NCBI GenBank assembly: GCA_965371725.1
Contig: CBDUZO010000027.1
Span: 1-43,175 of the forward strand
Reading direction: 5' to 3'
DNA: 43,175 bases
Source: an uncultured Phycisphaerales bacterium
Lineage (GTDB): Bacteria; Planctomycetota; Phycisphaerae; UBA1845
A model generated the notes under the pieces. That model saw only the letters and a program-made list of their open reading frames with translations, was not told the origin of the DNA and did not search any database. Position numbers and translations under genes: made by a program. This document shows, piece by piece, positions 1 to 10,111 of the stretch (position 1 is the first letter of the stretch; each line of letters begins with the position of its first letter).

Positions 1-12
1 TGTAGGTCAGCC

Positions 13-62
13 CTTCAGGCTGTATCAGCGTACGACGCTTTCAGGCTGTATCAGCATACGGC
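13..62. repeat. Two tandem copies of a 25-bp direct repeat (TTCAGGCTGTATCAGCRTACGRCGC) at the window start
   Basis: Read directly from the sequence: 17/18 core identity and 25-bp period. More copies may lie upstream of the window. Confidence 0.5.
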
Positions 63-185
63 GATGAAGCCGCCTAAACTGTCACGGACCCGTGCCGTTG
101 TCCCTCTTTCCGTTACTTGCGCCACCGCCGATCACCTGTTATCCTGAACCATTTCCGGGAATCAAAGGACCCATCCGCCACCGCC

Positions 186-794
186 ATGACGGAACCACGG
201 GACATGTTTGCTGACAGACGTCTGATCCTCGCTTCCGGAAGCCCGCGGCGGCGGCAGCTCATGCGCGAGCACGGCTTTGACGTCGAGATCATCCCGCCGC
301 CGGTTGACGAGCCCGATGACCTCGGGCGCAAGCTTTCCCCCATCGAGCTGGCCAGGGAGCTGAGCCTCTTCAAGGCCCGCAGTGTTCGCAGCCTCATCGA
401 CGAGGGAACCATCATCGCGGGTGACACTATTGTGGCACTTGGTGACCGCATCTTCGGCAAGCCGGCGGACCGCGAAGACGCCCGCACGATCATCAAGTCC
501 ATCGCCGGCACGACCCACCACGTCATCACCGGAGTCACCCTGCTCGATGCGCCAAGCGACAGGTACCTGACACGACACGACACGACCGCGGTCACGATGA
601 GACCGCTTCGCGATGAGGAGGTCCAAGCCTATCTCGACACCGGCGCCTGGGAGGGCAAAGCCGGTGCCTACGGCATCCAGGATCGCGGAGACGCTTTCGT
701 CACGAGAACCGACGGAAGCTTCACCAATGTTGTGGGTTTTCCCATGGAACTCGTCACGCAGATGCTCGAGGAATGGGGCATCACGCCCGGCTGA
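186..794 (+). CDS. maf: Maf-like septum formation / nucleoside triphosphate pyrophosphatase
   Basis: Translation has the Maf hallmark LILASGSPRRRQLM near the N-terminus and is Maf-sized. The start was taken at ATG 186 inside the longer ORF 117..794. Confidence 0.8.
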   Translation: MTEPRDMFADRRLILASGSPRRRQLMREHGFDVEIIPPPVDEPDDLGRKLSPIELARELSLFKARSVRSLIDEGTIIAGDTIVALGDRIFGKPADREDARTIIKSIAGTTHHVITGVTLLDAPSDRYLTRHDTTAVTMRPLRDEEVQAYLDTGAWEGKAGAYGIQDRGDAFVTRTDGSFTNVVGFPMELVTQMLEEWGITPG

Positions 795-826
795 TAGCGC
801 CGAACTCTCGCATCCCGACAGGCCCG

Positions 827-1924
827 TTACGGAAGGAGTGATTCGTAGGCCTCGCGGACAAGCTCCTGTGGCACATCACTTCGCACGACAGGCCGGCCAA
901 CCCCCTCCAACAACACGAACCTGGTCGCGCGATCACGGACCTTCTTGTCCACCCGAAGCGTCTCCATGACACGCTCCGTCTCGACGGGCTGTTCCACGCG
1001 AGTCGGGAGGCCAAAGCGGCCCAAGAGGGTTGCGACCCGTTCGACGAGGGTCTCCTCGATCAGGCCCAGACCGCGTGACAGGCGGCACGCCGCGAGCATG
1101 CCCAGGGCAACGCACTCCCCATGACGCAAGGCAAACCCGGTGCACGCCTCGATACCGTGGCCGATCGTGTGCCCGAAGTTCAGAACCATGCGTCGTCCGG
1201 TTCGCTCCAACGGATCTTCCCGCACCACAGCTGCCTTGACCTCCACGTTCCGGCGGATCAACTCCGTGATGACACCCTCATCGAGCGCCAAGATCCGGTC
1301 CACATTCGCCTCATGCCAACGAAGGAACTCCTCGGAGGAGATCAGCGCGTGCTTCACGGACTCAGCCAGCCCCGCCCGGACGTCTCGCCGATCGAGCGTC
1401 TGGAGACAGTCCGGATCGATCGTCACCAGGACCGGTTGATGGAATGCGCCGACGAGATTCTTCGCGCCCGAAATGTTGACGGCCGTCTTGCCACCGATGG
1501 ACGCGTCAATGTCCGCTTCCAGTGTCGTGGGACAGATGGCGAAGCGGACCCCGCGCATCCAGGTGGCTGCAGCCAGCCCCGCCAGATCACTGATGACCCC
1601 ACCGCCGAAGGCCAGAATCACGCCTTCACGGTCCAACTCGAACCGCGCCAGAGCCGCGTAGACCTCGCCGAGCCGTTCCAGGCTCTTTGACCCCTCGCCA
1701 GGTGGAATCACCACCTCGTCATGGTCCAGCCCGGCCGCCCTCAGTGACGCCGACAGCCGCTCGCCGTGGAGCCGCCAAACGTTGCGGTCTGTCACGACGA
1801 ATACGCGCCCGACAGGCTCGGGCGCGAGCGCGTCGTGGAGCATCGGCCCAACCTCCGCCAGGCTTCCGACCCTGACCGCAATGTGCGTGGTCTGAGATTC
1901 GAACTCGATCCGTTGATCGAACAT
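827..1924 (-). CDS. aroB: 3-dehydroquinate synthase
   Basis: Translation matches AroB along its full length, including a glycine-rich GGGVISDLAG NAD-binding segment and metal-binding His residues (HTIGHGIE). The start was taken at the internal Met of MFDQRIEFE, so the ORF track's 827..1978 is likely over-extended. Confidence 0.85.
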   Translation of the reverse strand: MFDQRIEFESQTTHIAVRVGSLAEVGPMLHDALAPEPVGRVFVVTDRNVWRLHGERLSASLRAAGLDHDEVVIPPGEGSKSLERLGEVYAALARFELDREGVILAFGGGVISDLAGLAAATWMRGVRFAICPTTLEADIDASIGGKTAVNISGAKNLVGAFHQPVLVTIDPDCLQTLDRRDVRAGLAESVKHALISSEEFLRWHEANVDRILALDEGVITELIRRNVEVKAAVVREDPLERTGRRMVLNFGHTIGHGIEACTGFALRHGECVALGMLAACRLSRGLGLIEETLVERVATLLGRFGLPTRVEQPVETERVMETLRVDKKVRDRATRFVLLEGVGRPVVRSDVPQELVREAYESLLP

Positions 1925-2250
1925 GGCGTTGATCCAGCCGCGCGAGCCGCATAACCCACGCGACCCGCACTTTATCACTTAAACTCCACCATTGCACCTT
2001 GCGTTTTGTACTCAAGTCCTATAAACTGTCACCGAACGGTCACGATTCAGATATCGGCCCGCGGCCCCTGCACCCGAACTCGCTTCCGGCCGTACAATAC
2101 ATAGGCCTCCGATAACGGCGTCTAGCGGCGAGACGCCTTACCTGCAGGCCCGCCAAGACAGATGTAAAAACTTATCTCTTAAGGACTTACAGCAGCTCAC
2201 CGGCACGGGCCACAGTTGTGGGTCATACGGCCTGTACCGGTTATTCCGCG

Positions 2251-2279
2251 TTGACGTTTTCACGAAAGGCAGGTACAAT
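2251..2279 (+). promoter_or_regulatory. Sigma70-like promoter (TTGACG -N17- TACAAT) 7 nt upstream of the folC ATG; implies a leaderless or near-leaderless mRNA
   Basis: Near-consensus -35 and -10 hexamers with a 17-nt spacer in an otherwise GC-rich context, read directly from the sequence. Confidence 0.35.
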
Positions 2280-2286
2280 TCCGCCT

Positions 2287-3699
2287 ATGCCAAAAGCCAC
2301 CCTCGACAAACCGAGTCGGGCGCCGAAGGCGAAACCTGCGGGCCAGAGCATCCGCACTTTTCGCTCTGCGGTTAACTATTTAGATTCTCTCACGAATTAC
2401 GAGCGCGTTACGCGAGCCCAGTACACGCCGAGCAACTTCGGCCTCGCGCGGATGAACCGCTTGCTGGCAGCGCTCGGTAAGCCACACAAGGCGTTCAAAT
2501 GCGCGCACATCGCAGGAACCAAGGGCAAGGGCAGCACGGCAACGATGCTCGCCACGATGCTGCAAGCCTGCGATATGAAAGTGGGGCTGTATACTTCACC
2601 TCACTTGCTGAACATTCGAGAACGCATCGCCATCAACGGGGTGATGATCAGCGAGAGCGCCTTCGCGAGGGCGGTGGCGGCTGTGGCTGCAATCACAGCC
2701 AAGGCTCGCGTACTGAAACCGACCTACTTCGAGGTGCTGACTGCCGCGGCGTTCCACCACTTCGCGGCCGAGGGCGTGGACATCGCCGTCGTCGAGACGG
2801 GTCTCGGCGGGCGTCTGGACGCCACTAACGCCATCACGCCGGAGGTGGTCGGGATCACGAGCATCAGCTATGACCACGTCGCGCAACTCGGTACGGACTT
2901 GGTGTCGATTGCCAGGGAGAAGGCCGGGATTATCAAGAAGGGCGTCCCGGTCGTGTGCGCGCCGCAGCCCCAGTCCGTCAAGGAGGCGCTTAAAAGCGTT
3001 GCGGACGAGGTGGAGGCGCCGTTGCGTTTCGCCAACGAGGACGTCCATTTCACCTACCGGTTCGAGTTCTCCCGCTCGGTCGGTCGTCACGCGCGCATCT
3101 GCCTGACAACGCCGACGAGCCGGTTCGAGCACCTGCACGTCCCACTCTTGGGGGTCCACCAGGCCGTAAACTGCGGCGTGGCGCTAACGATGCTCGACGT
3201 GCTCAAGTCGCGTGGTTTCCCCATCGACGATCAGCGGGCGATGGCAGGGCTGGCCAACATCAAGCTCCGCGGTCGGATGGACATGATCTGCGAGCAACCG
3301 CGCATTCTCGTCGACGCTGCCCACAACGCCGCCAGCATCGACGCCTTGATGCGCGCGGTCGGGCAGAACATCAGCTACGACTCCATGATCGTCATCTTCG
3401 GCTGCCATAAGGACAAGGACATCAACGGAATGATCCGCCGGATCCAGCTCGGCGCCGATAAGATGATCTTCGTCTCCACCGGTACGCCACGGTCAGCCGA
3501 TCCCCATGAGCTGGCGGCGCTCTACACCGAGCACTCGGGAAAGATGGCCCAGGTCGCCGACTCGCTCGAAGGAGCCATGCGCATCGCGCAGGGGGCGATC
3601 ACGCGGGAAGACGTGATCTGCATCACCGGGTCGTTCTACCTGATCGCCGAAGCCATGCGCAAGTTCGGCAACAACCGGTCCGGGAAGAGCCGCGCTTAG
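2287..3699 (+). CDS. folC: Folylpolyglutamate synthase / dihydrofolate synthase (Mur ligase family)
   Basis: Mur-ligase ATP-binding motif HIAGTKGKGST, the FolC-typical TSPHL, and overall FolC architecture. ATG 2287 sits immediately after a TTGACG-N17-TACAAT promoter-like element. Confidence 0.85.
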   Translation: MPKATLDKPSRAPKAKPAGQSIRTFRSAVNYLDSLTNYERVTRAQYTPSNFGLARMNRLLAALGKPHKAFKCAHIAGTKGKGSTATMLATMLQACDMKVGLYTSPHLLNIRERIAINGVMISESAFARAVAAVAAITAKARVLKPTYFEVLTAAAFHHFAAEGVDIAVVETGLGGRLDATNAITPEVVGITSISYDHVAQLGTDLVSIAREKAGIIKKGVPVVCAPQPQSVKEALKSVADEVEAPLRFANEDVHFTYRFEFSRSVGRHARICLTTPTSRFEHLHVPLLGVHQAVNCGVALTMLDVLKSRGFPIDDQRAMAGLANIKLRGRMDMICEQPRILVDAAHNAASIDALMRAVGQNISYDSMIVIFGCHKDKDINGMIRRIQLGADKMIFVSTGTPRSADPHELAALYTEHSGKMAQVADSLEGAMRIAQGAITREDVICITGSFYLIAEAMRKFGNNRSGKSRA

Positions 3700-3829
3700 C
3701 GCAAGACCCTCCATCGTACCGGCTGCGTTCCCCGTCCATCCACACGGGCGGTTCTTGCCTCGTGGCCGGTGGAGCGGCGGCCGATGATAGGGGAGAAGGC
3801 TCGAACTGTCTGACGTCGCGACACAAACA

Positions 3830-4390
3830 ATGACTGAGCAAGCCAGAAGCGCAACCTTCCGCAACGGACGCATCGAGCTGGATGAACCCGCAGACTGGCC
3901 CGAGGGCGCGAGGCTGACGGTCGTACCGGTCGAGCAAACCGATGAGAGCATACGGATCGAGGGCCACGTCATCATCGTCGGTTTCGGGTTGGCCGGTCGC
4001 TACGTGGCGGACCTGCTCGACAGCGCGAACGTATCCTACGTCGTCGTCGAGAAGAACCCGGCAACCGTCGAGACCCAACGCGCTTTGGGGCGGACCGTCG
4101 TGGAAGGCGATGCCACCAGCGGCGACACGCTCACGGCAGCCGGTCTGCACAATGCAGCCATCATCGCATTGACCATTCCCGATGAAGATGCGGTCCTGAA
4201 AGCCACGTCGCTCGCCCGCCGCTTGCGCCCGGATGTTTACATCGTCGCGCGGACGAATTACTCATCGAAGGGTATGCGGGCTTCGCAACTCGGCGCCGAC
4301 GAAGTGATCAAGGCCGAACAGGCCGTCGCGCTCCAGTTCTATGAAAAGCTCAGCCGCAGGATCGGGACGGCGCCTACAGCGAAACCGTGA
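3830..4390 (+). CDS. TrkA-N (RCK N-terminal, NAD-binding) domain protein with an N-terminal AbrB/SpoVT-like segment
   Basis: GHVIIVGFGLAGRYVA Rossmann GxGxxG motif of TrkA-N. The first ~40 aa (TFRNGRIELDEPADWPEGARLTVVP) resemble a swapped-hairpin AbrB/MazE-like module. Confidence 0.6.
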   Translation: MTEQARSATFRNGRIELDEPADWPEGARLTVVPVEQTDESIRIEGHVIIVGFGLAGRYVADLLDSANVSYVVVEKNPATVETQRALGRTVVEGDATSGDTLTAAGLHNAAIIALTIPDEDAVLKATSLARRLRPDVYIVARTNYSSKGMRASQLGADEVIKAEQAVALQFYEKLSRRIGTAPTAKP

Positions 4391-4437
4391 CCGCGCCACG
4401 ATCTCCGCTTCCACGCACGAGGCGCGTCGAGGTTGGC

Positions 4438-5511
4438 TCAGCCGGCGCTCATAACCAGCAGGATCATGCCACCGATGTAGGTCACGGCGATCAGGATCGA
4501 GTCGAAACCGAAGCGGCGGAACATCTTGACCGAACTCTGATAGGTCAGCCCGCCCAGCGTGATCGCGGTTAGCAGTATCGCTGTCAGCCCCGCAATCACG
4601 TTCTGCGTCGGGTCGAAACCGCCCGCGCCCATCAGCAGAGGCTCCCCCTTGGCAAGCGAGGTTACCTTCAGCATCGGGATGACGAACATGTTGAACATGT
4701 TCGAGCCGAAAATGTTGCCGAGCGCGAGGTTGAGGTTGCCGAGCCTGACGGCTGCGATACTCGTGGTGATCTCCGGTAGCGAGGTGGCCAGCGCGAGCAG
4801 GCCGGCCCCAACGAAGCTGGCCCCGAGCGGACGCCCGAGCCACCCGATTTCATGCGTGCTGAGCACGTCGCAAATCCGGGCCAACCACCAGGAGGCCATC
4901 ACGATCACGACCGCCATGATCACGAGCTGCCCATACCGCCACCTCCCGAAGGGCTGCCGGCGGCGCGACTCATCCCGCGGGTTGCACCGGCGATCGAAGC
5001 GGTAGGTCAGCCTCATGCAGCCGAGGTAACCGATGAGAATCGTCGCGGCCCAGGCATATTCGCACACCTGGGCCACTGCGGGCCTGGCGACGAACTTGTG
5101 CCCCAGAACGACCCCGAGCAAAGCCACACCGATCAACAGGAGCCCGAACGAACTGGTCAGAACGTGTGACCGATCGACGTCACGCAGGACCGACCCGCCG
5201 CCGATCAGGACGTTGAGCCAGACGATCAGCGTGAGGTTGAAGGAGCAGCTCCCGAAGAGGGCCGCCAGGGCCATCCCGGGGTTCCCGATGGCTGTGGCTG
5301 TGCAACCGGAAACGACCTCCGGCAGGCTCGTCACCGTCGCCAGCAGGATCAACCCCACCCACCCGCTGCCAAGATTGAGCCGATTGGCCAGCAGATCAGC
5401 CAGGCGGGTGAGGCGTGCGCCGGCGAGGATCACCACCAGGGCCACCAGGATGAACTCTCCCGCCAGGGCCCAAGTGGACAGCGAATCACCGAAATACCAC
5501 GCGGTCAGCAA
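4438..5511 (-). CDS. CaCA-family Na+/Ca2+ exchanger (YrbG-like) membrane protein
   Basis: Multi-TM protein with two alpha-repeat signatures (GNPGMALAALFGSCSFNL and GNIFGSNMFNMF) typical of sodium/calcium exchanger family. Confidence 0.75.
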   Translation of the reverse strand: MLTAWYFGDSLSTWALAGEFILVALVVILAGARLTRLADLLANRLNLGSGWVGLILLATVTSLPEVVSGCTATAIGNPGMALAALFGSCSFNLTLIVWLNVLIGGGSVLRDVDRSHVLTSSFGLLLIGVALLGVVLGHKFVARPAVAQVCEYAWAATILIGYLGCMRLTYRFDRRCNPRDESRRRQPFGRWRYGQLVIMAVVIVMASWWLARICDVLSTHEIGWLGRPLGASFVGAGLLALATSLPEITTSIAAVRLGNLNLALGNIFGSNMFNMFVIPMLKVTSLAKGEPLLMGAGGFDPTQNVIAGLTAILLTAITLGGLTYQSSVKMFRRFGFDSILIAVTYIGGMILLVMSAG

Positions 5512-5785
5512 GCCGGAGCCGTCCTTTCACCAATGGCCGTCAATCGTTCCGGGGCAGGGCGAGGATTATATCGGTGCGCGGGCAGGCCAACCAATTCCAA
5601 ATCCGGTGCGCATTTGGAACCGCAAGCGCCGTAGCGACCGGGGTAGCAGCGTGGCGGTGCTGCAACCACGAATCGAACACATTGACGATACCGGCCCGCC
5701 GGGTACACTCCGTTCCATCGAGCCGGCTCGGCGCGGTAGGCGTGTCCGGGCTGCCGGCTCCCCTGACAAGAGCTGGAGTTACCCG

Positions 5786-5947
5786 ATGAAAAACGGTCGT
5801 CACCTTCGTCTCACGATGATACTGGGCAGCGGGCTCGTATTGCTGCAGGGTGCAGGTTGTACTTTCGAGGAGGTCCTCAATATCCTCCAAACGGGCCTGT
5901 TAGGGGTCACAGCTGCTGGGGCCGTCGCAATCATCCAGAATATCTGA
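5786..5947 (+). CDS. Small putative lipoprotein (53 aa)
   Basis: GGAG Shine-Dalgarno 7 nt upstream of ATG. N-terminus MKNGRHLRLTMILGSGLVLLQGAGC has a positively charged n-region, a hydrophobic core and a lipobox-like LQGAGC. It lies in the intergenic region between the antiporter and the HEAT-repeat gene. Confidence 0.3.
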   Translation: MKNGRHLRLTMILGSGLVLLQGAGCTFEEVLNILQTGLLGVTAAGAVAIIQNI

Positions 5948-6380
5948 CGGGCCCGCGGCGTGAGCGGTTGGACTCCCGGTCACAGGGCGTCCCCGGCCCG
6001 CCCCGCACGGGAAGCCGACGGCGTTGGGCGTCCCGGGCTCAGCGGATTGGGCCACGGTCCAGGGCGCGATCCTTTGGCCCGGCGGCGGTCGGATGCGGCC
6101 CGAAATACAGGTACGGTCCGCGATGCTGGTGCTCCGGCGAGTCGCTACGTTGACGCCGCGCCACCCTTCCCTATACTGATTTCGACTGACAAACGGCTGC
6201 GACACGGATGCTCGCACCGGCCGATACGGGTTGAGCCGGGCGTGATGCGCCCAATGCGGGGCCTCTACCGCCGGCGGTTGAACCTTCGACTATGGAATCC
6301 CGACCCACGGAGCGGGCGACGGGTGGTGCCCGCGCCGCTCGAACGTGGGTTTTCCCTGTTTCTACGCGCGGGAGGAATCG

Positions 6381-8642
6381 ATGCAAACAAGTGGATCCTA
6401 TTCACGCGTGCGATGCGTGATGATCGCCCTGGTTCTGATCGGCCTGCTCGGTTGGTGGCCCACACCGGCCGCGAAGGCTCAGGATGATTCCGCCTCCGGT
6501 ACGACGATCGCCGACAACGCGACCGTCGAATCGCTGTTCGTCGACTTCTTGCACTACGCCCGGTTGGGGCGGTTTGCGATGGCCGACGCGTACGCCCGCG
6601 CCCTGCTGACGCATCCCGACCTGGACCCCGTCGAGGTGCTCGATCTGGCAAGCCGGGACGCCAAGGCCGTCCAGACGCTCATGATCATCATCGAGAACTC
6701 GTCAATCGGGGAGAACGCCGCGCGGGTACTCGAGCTGATCGAGCAAGGTGAGATCGAGAAGCGCAAATCGCCGGACCGGATTCAGGCCAATATCAAGATG
6801 CTGGCGGGTGACCCGCAGCAGGAGTACCGTGCGATCCGGCACTTGGCTGAGTCCGGCGAGTATGCCATTCCACCGATCATCGCAACACTGCTGGATCCTG
6901 AGCGTCGGGACATCACGCCGCGTGTGATCACCGCCCTTCCAAAAATCGGCAAGGCGGCTGTCACGCCCCTGGCCACGGCGCTTTCCGTGCGGGACGATGA
7001 TGTCCGATTAAACCTGATCCACGCCCTCGGCGGGCTCGGCTACCCTCAGGCGATTCCGCACCTGCGAAAAGCCATCGCCAACGCGGACGCGCCCACCGAG
7101 ACGAAGGCCGCGGCGACTCAGGCCATTCAGCGGATCGAAGCATTCAACGGTCGGACATTCCCCGGTTCGCCCGACGAGCTGTTCTTCCGCCTCGCCGAGA
7201 AGTACTACAACGAAGACGCCTCGGTCCGGGCTGACCCCCGTCTCGACAAGGCAAACGTGTGGTATTGGGATGACACGGCGCAGGCACTGACGGCGACGGT
7301 CGTGGCCCGGCCCATCTTCGGGCCGGTGATGGCCATGCGTTGCTGTGAGGAGGCGTTGCTGCTTCGGGATGATAACGCCCAGGCGATTGCGTTATGGCTT
7401 GCAGCCAACATCCGACGTGAAGGCCGCCTCGGCATGAACGTCGAGAGCGGTGACCCGGATGAGACCGGCGATCCCGACGCCACCAGGCCGTCCGTTTTTC
7501 CAAGATCACTTTACTTCACGCTCGCCGCCGGGCCGCGCTATGCTCACCTGGTGCTCGAACGGGCCGTGGCCGGACGCGACGCGGCGGTTGCGCTCGGCGC
7601 GATCGAGGCGTTGCGGATCACGGCCGGCGAATCGTCACTTGTCGGTACTGAGGATTACAAGCAACCCCTGGTTGAGGCGCTGAGCTTCCCTGATTTACTC
7701 GTGCGGATTCGTGCGGCGCTTGCCCTTGGGGCGGCGCTTCCGAAAACGGACTTCGCCGATTCGCAGTTCGTCACGCCGGTGCTTGCCAAGGCCGTAACAC
7801 TTACCGGCCGCGAGCAAGTGCTCGTGGTCGACGGCGACAAGAGCAATCTCAACCGCGTGATGAATGTGATGCGCGAGGGCGGGCGAGATGTGATCGGTGA
7901 CGCCAACTTCTATCGTGCGCTGGAGCGGGCGCGGACCGAGTTTCACGGGCTGACCGCGCTCTTCGTGTCCGCCGGCATCAGCGAACCGGCGATTGCCCAG
8001 GCCTTGTCACAGTTCCGCGGCGAATTCACGTATGCCCGCACACCGGTCGTGCTTCTGGTCGGGCCGCAGCACGAGTTGCTTGCCGACCAACTTGCATCCG
8101 GCGACGAGTGTGTCGAGCCGGTCAACGCGAGTGCCGACGGTGCGGCGCTCGAAGCGGCGCTCGAGCGGGTTCGCGGGCAGAGCGGTCAGGCGCCGCTCGA
8201 CACGCGTCTGGCTTCGTCGCTGGCCCTGCAAGCGACAAGGACGCTACGGAATATCGCGGTGGACGGTCGAACCGTCTACGACCTGAGCGTCGCGGAGCCT
8301 GCCCTGATCGCCGCGATGTCGTCCGATGACGAGGAGCTCCAGATCGCCGCCGCCTCGGTCCTCGCGCTAGGGCGAACCGCAGGGGCTCAGCAGAGCATTG
8401 CGAGGATCATGCTCGATGCAGGTCAGTCGAAGTCACTCCGTGTGGCTTTGTTCAATTCGCTGGCGGAGTCCGCCAAGCGTAATGGAAACTTGCTGGAGGA
8501 GCGGGCACTGGCGGAACTGGTCGACATTGCGCACAACGAACCCGATCTGACCATTCGCACCGCCGCCGGCGAGGCGTTGGGCGCGCTGAACCTCGCAACC
8601 AGCAAGGCCAGTGAGATCATCCGCAGCTACTACGGCGGGTAG
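6381..8642 (+). CDS. Secreted HEAT/PBS-lyase-like repeat protein (hypothetical)
   Basis: GGGAGG SD before ATG 6381. N-terminal signal-peptide-like hydrophobic stretch (VMIALVLIGLLGWWPTPAAKAQ). Multiple HEAT-like repeats (IPPIIATLLDPERRDITPRVITALPKIGKAAVTPLATALS...). Confidence 0.65.
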   Translation: MQTSGSYSRVRCVMIALVLIGLLGWWPTPAAKAQDDSASGTTIADNATVESLFVDFLHYARLGRFAMADAYARALLTHPDLDPVEVLDLASRDAKAVQTLMIIIENSSIGENAARVLELIEQGEIEKRKSPDRIQANIKMLAGDPQQEYRAIRHLAESGEYAIPPIIATLLDPERRDITPRVITALPKIGKAAVTPLATALSVRDDDVRLNLIHALGGLGYPQAIPHLRKAIANADAPTETKAAATQAIQRIEAFNGRTFPGSPDELFFRLAEKYYNEDASVRADPRLDKANVWYWDDTAQALTATVVARPIFGPVMAMRCCEEALLLRDDNAQAIALWLAANIRREGRLGMNVESGDPDETGDPDATRPSVFPRSLYFTLAAGPRYAHLVLERAVAGRDAAVALGAIEALRITAGESSLVGTEDYKQPLVEALSFPDLLVRIRAALALGAALPKTDFADSQFVTPVLAKAVTLTGREQVLVVDGDKSNLNRVMNVMREGGRDVIGDANFYRALERARTEFHGLTALFVSAGISEPAIAQALSQFRGEFTYARTPVVLLVGPQHELLADQLASGDECVEPVNASADGAALEAALERVRGQSGQAPLDTRLASSLALQATRTLRNIAVDGRTVYDLSVAEPALIAAMSSDDEELQIAAASVLALGRTAGAQQSIARIMLDAGQSKSLRVALFNSLAESAKRNGNLLEERALAELVDIAHNEPDLTIRTAAGEALGALNLATSKASEIIRSYYGG

Positions 8643-8734
8643 GCGCTATCATCCGGGCAAGGCGGGACCGCGCGGAACGGCCGTAAGGGGATGTGGCTGC
8701 GTGGTGGCAAGCCCGCGCTGCTCAGTGAATTCCG

Positions 8735-9397
8735 ATGAGCGACGACGCTAGGCATGCATCGGCCACGCTTTGGGCTCGCGGCGGCAAGCGCGTCTTTGAT
8801 GTGATCGCAGCCGTGGTTCTTCTTGTCCTCCTTTCGCCGCTGCTGTTGTGCGCGGCCATCCTGGTGAAACTCACAAGTCCGGGGCCGCTTCTTTTCTCGC
8901 AACGGCGCGCCGGTGGAGGCGGTCTGCCCTTCACATTGCACAAGTTCAGAACCATGCGCGCCGATCGCACGCCGGACCCGAAGGAGCTCGTACCACTCGA
9001 CCACGCCGACATCACGCGCGTCGGACGGTTCTTGCGGCGGTTCAAAGTCGACGAACTGCCACAGCTTCTGAACGTTCTGCAGGGCGAGATGTCGCTGGTC
9101 GGCCCGCGTCCGACGCTGCCGGACCAAGTGGAGGCTTACGACGAGTTCCGACGCCAACGACTTCTCGCCCGACCGGGCATTACGGGTCTGGCACAAACAC
9201 ACGGGAACACCGCCATCTCCTGGGACCAGCGCATCCTCTTCGACATCGCCTACGTGCGCCGCTGCAGCTTCGTTATGGACATGGGCATCTTGATCAGAAC
9301 CTGCCGGTCGATTTCCGCGGGCGAGCCGGCCAACCCGGTACCGTTCAGCCAAACACGCTACGCCCGCTACCTTACGCCGCCGGGTGGGTATGAGTGA
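8735..9397 (+). CDS. Polyprenyl-phosphate sugar-phosphotransferase (bacterial sugar transferase family, WbaP/PglC-like)
   Basis: N-terminal TM helix followed by conserved KFRTM, DELPQL and MSLVGPRP motifs of the bacterial sugar transferase family. Confidence 0.8.
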   Translation: MSDDARHASATLWARGGKRVFDVIAAVVLLVLLSPLLLCAAILVKLTSPGPLLFSQRRAGGGGLPFTLHKFRTMRADRTPDPKELVPLDHADITRVGRFLRRFKVDELPQLLNVLQGEMSLVGPRPTLPDQVEAYDEFRRQRLLARPGITGLAQTHGNTAISWDQRILFDIAYVRRCSFVMDMGILIRTCRSISAGEPANPVPFSQTRYARYLTPPGGYE

Positions 9398-9667
9398 CGT
9401 CGCTCATCGGATGAGTTTGACCGGGAAGACACGCGCCCTCCTGTAAAATGGGGAACGCAGGTGGGTAATGCGATACACAATAGTGGAGACTGCTCCAATG
9501 CTAGCATGCTCGCATGGTTCACGGCCCGATACCCGGCGCGTGCCGATCAGTTCCGCCTCTGCGCGCGGCGCGGCTTTGCCATTACCGGCAACAGATCCGG
9601 CGAATACCCGTAGTGTGGATGTCTGGTGTGAGCGGGTCGAGTGAGCTGGACAGCCAAGACCGCCGGG

Positions 9668-10111
9668 TTACATGACCCATCGGTCCGGCCTTGCCTGCTC
9701 GGCTTTCCGGCCGGATCGGATCTCAGCGAACGAGCAGAACTCCACGCCGATCTCGTGGGTCATCCCCTCCAGGTGCCGGCAACGCCGCACGATGCACTCT
9801 TTGACGACTGGGTCACCCGTCGGGGTGCGTACCGGTAGCTCGATCGTCACGAGCGTGCCCACCGGGATCACGTAATTATGCAGGAAAGCCATGCCATGCT
9901 GTGAGACGTTCCTGGTCCAGACGCGATGCGTGGTGGCCCTGCTGCCAGCTATTAGCGGTGCGACAATGATCGCAAGCCCACGCGACGCGCGACGCTCGGA
10001 GCGCCGCCTGCAATCAGGCGCCTCCTGCACTCCGGCATCCAACGCGTTGAGGAGCTGCTCCATTTGCTCCTTGGTCAACCTGGTTCGGGTGTCTGCGTTT
10101 GCCCCCGACAT
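9668..10111 (-). CDS. PilZ domain protein (c-di-GMP binding)
   Basis: RRSERRASR (RxxxR) and NVSQHGMAF (D/NxSxxG) PilZ signatures. Start taken at internal Met MSGANADT; the ORF extends to 10249. Confidence 0.55.
   Translation of the reverse strand: MSGANADTRTRLTKEQMEQLLNALDAGVQEAPDCRRRSERRASRGLAIIVAPLIAGSRATTHRVWTRNVSQHGMAFLHNYVIPVGTLVTIELPVRTPTGDPVVKECIVRRCRHLEGMTHEIGVEFCSFAEIRSGRKAEQARPDRWVM

Noticed and set aside
113-794. Antisense and alternative-frame ORFs over maf (113..595, 162..626, 382..570)
   Set aside because: Out-of-frame GC-rich ORFs. Only the plus-strand Maf frame shows the conserved Maf motif.
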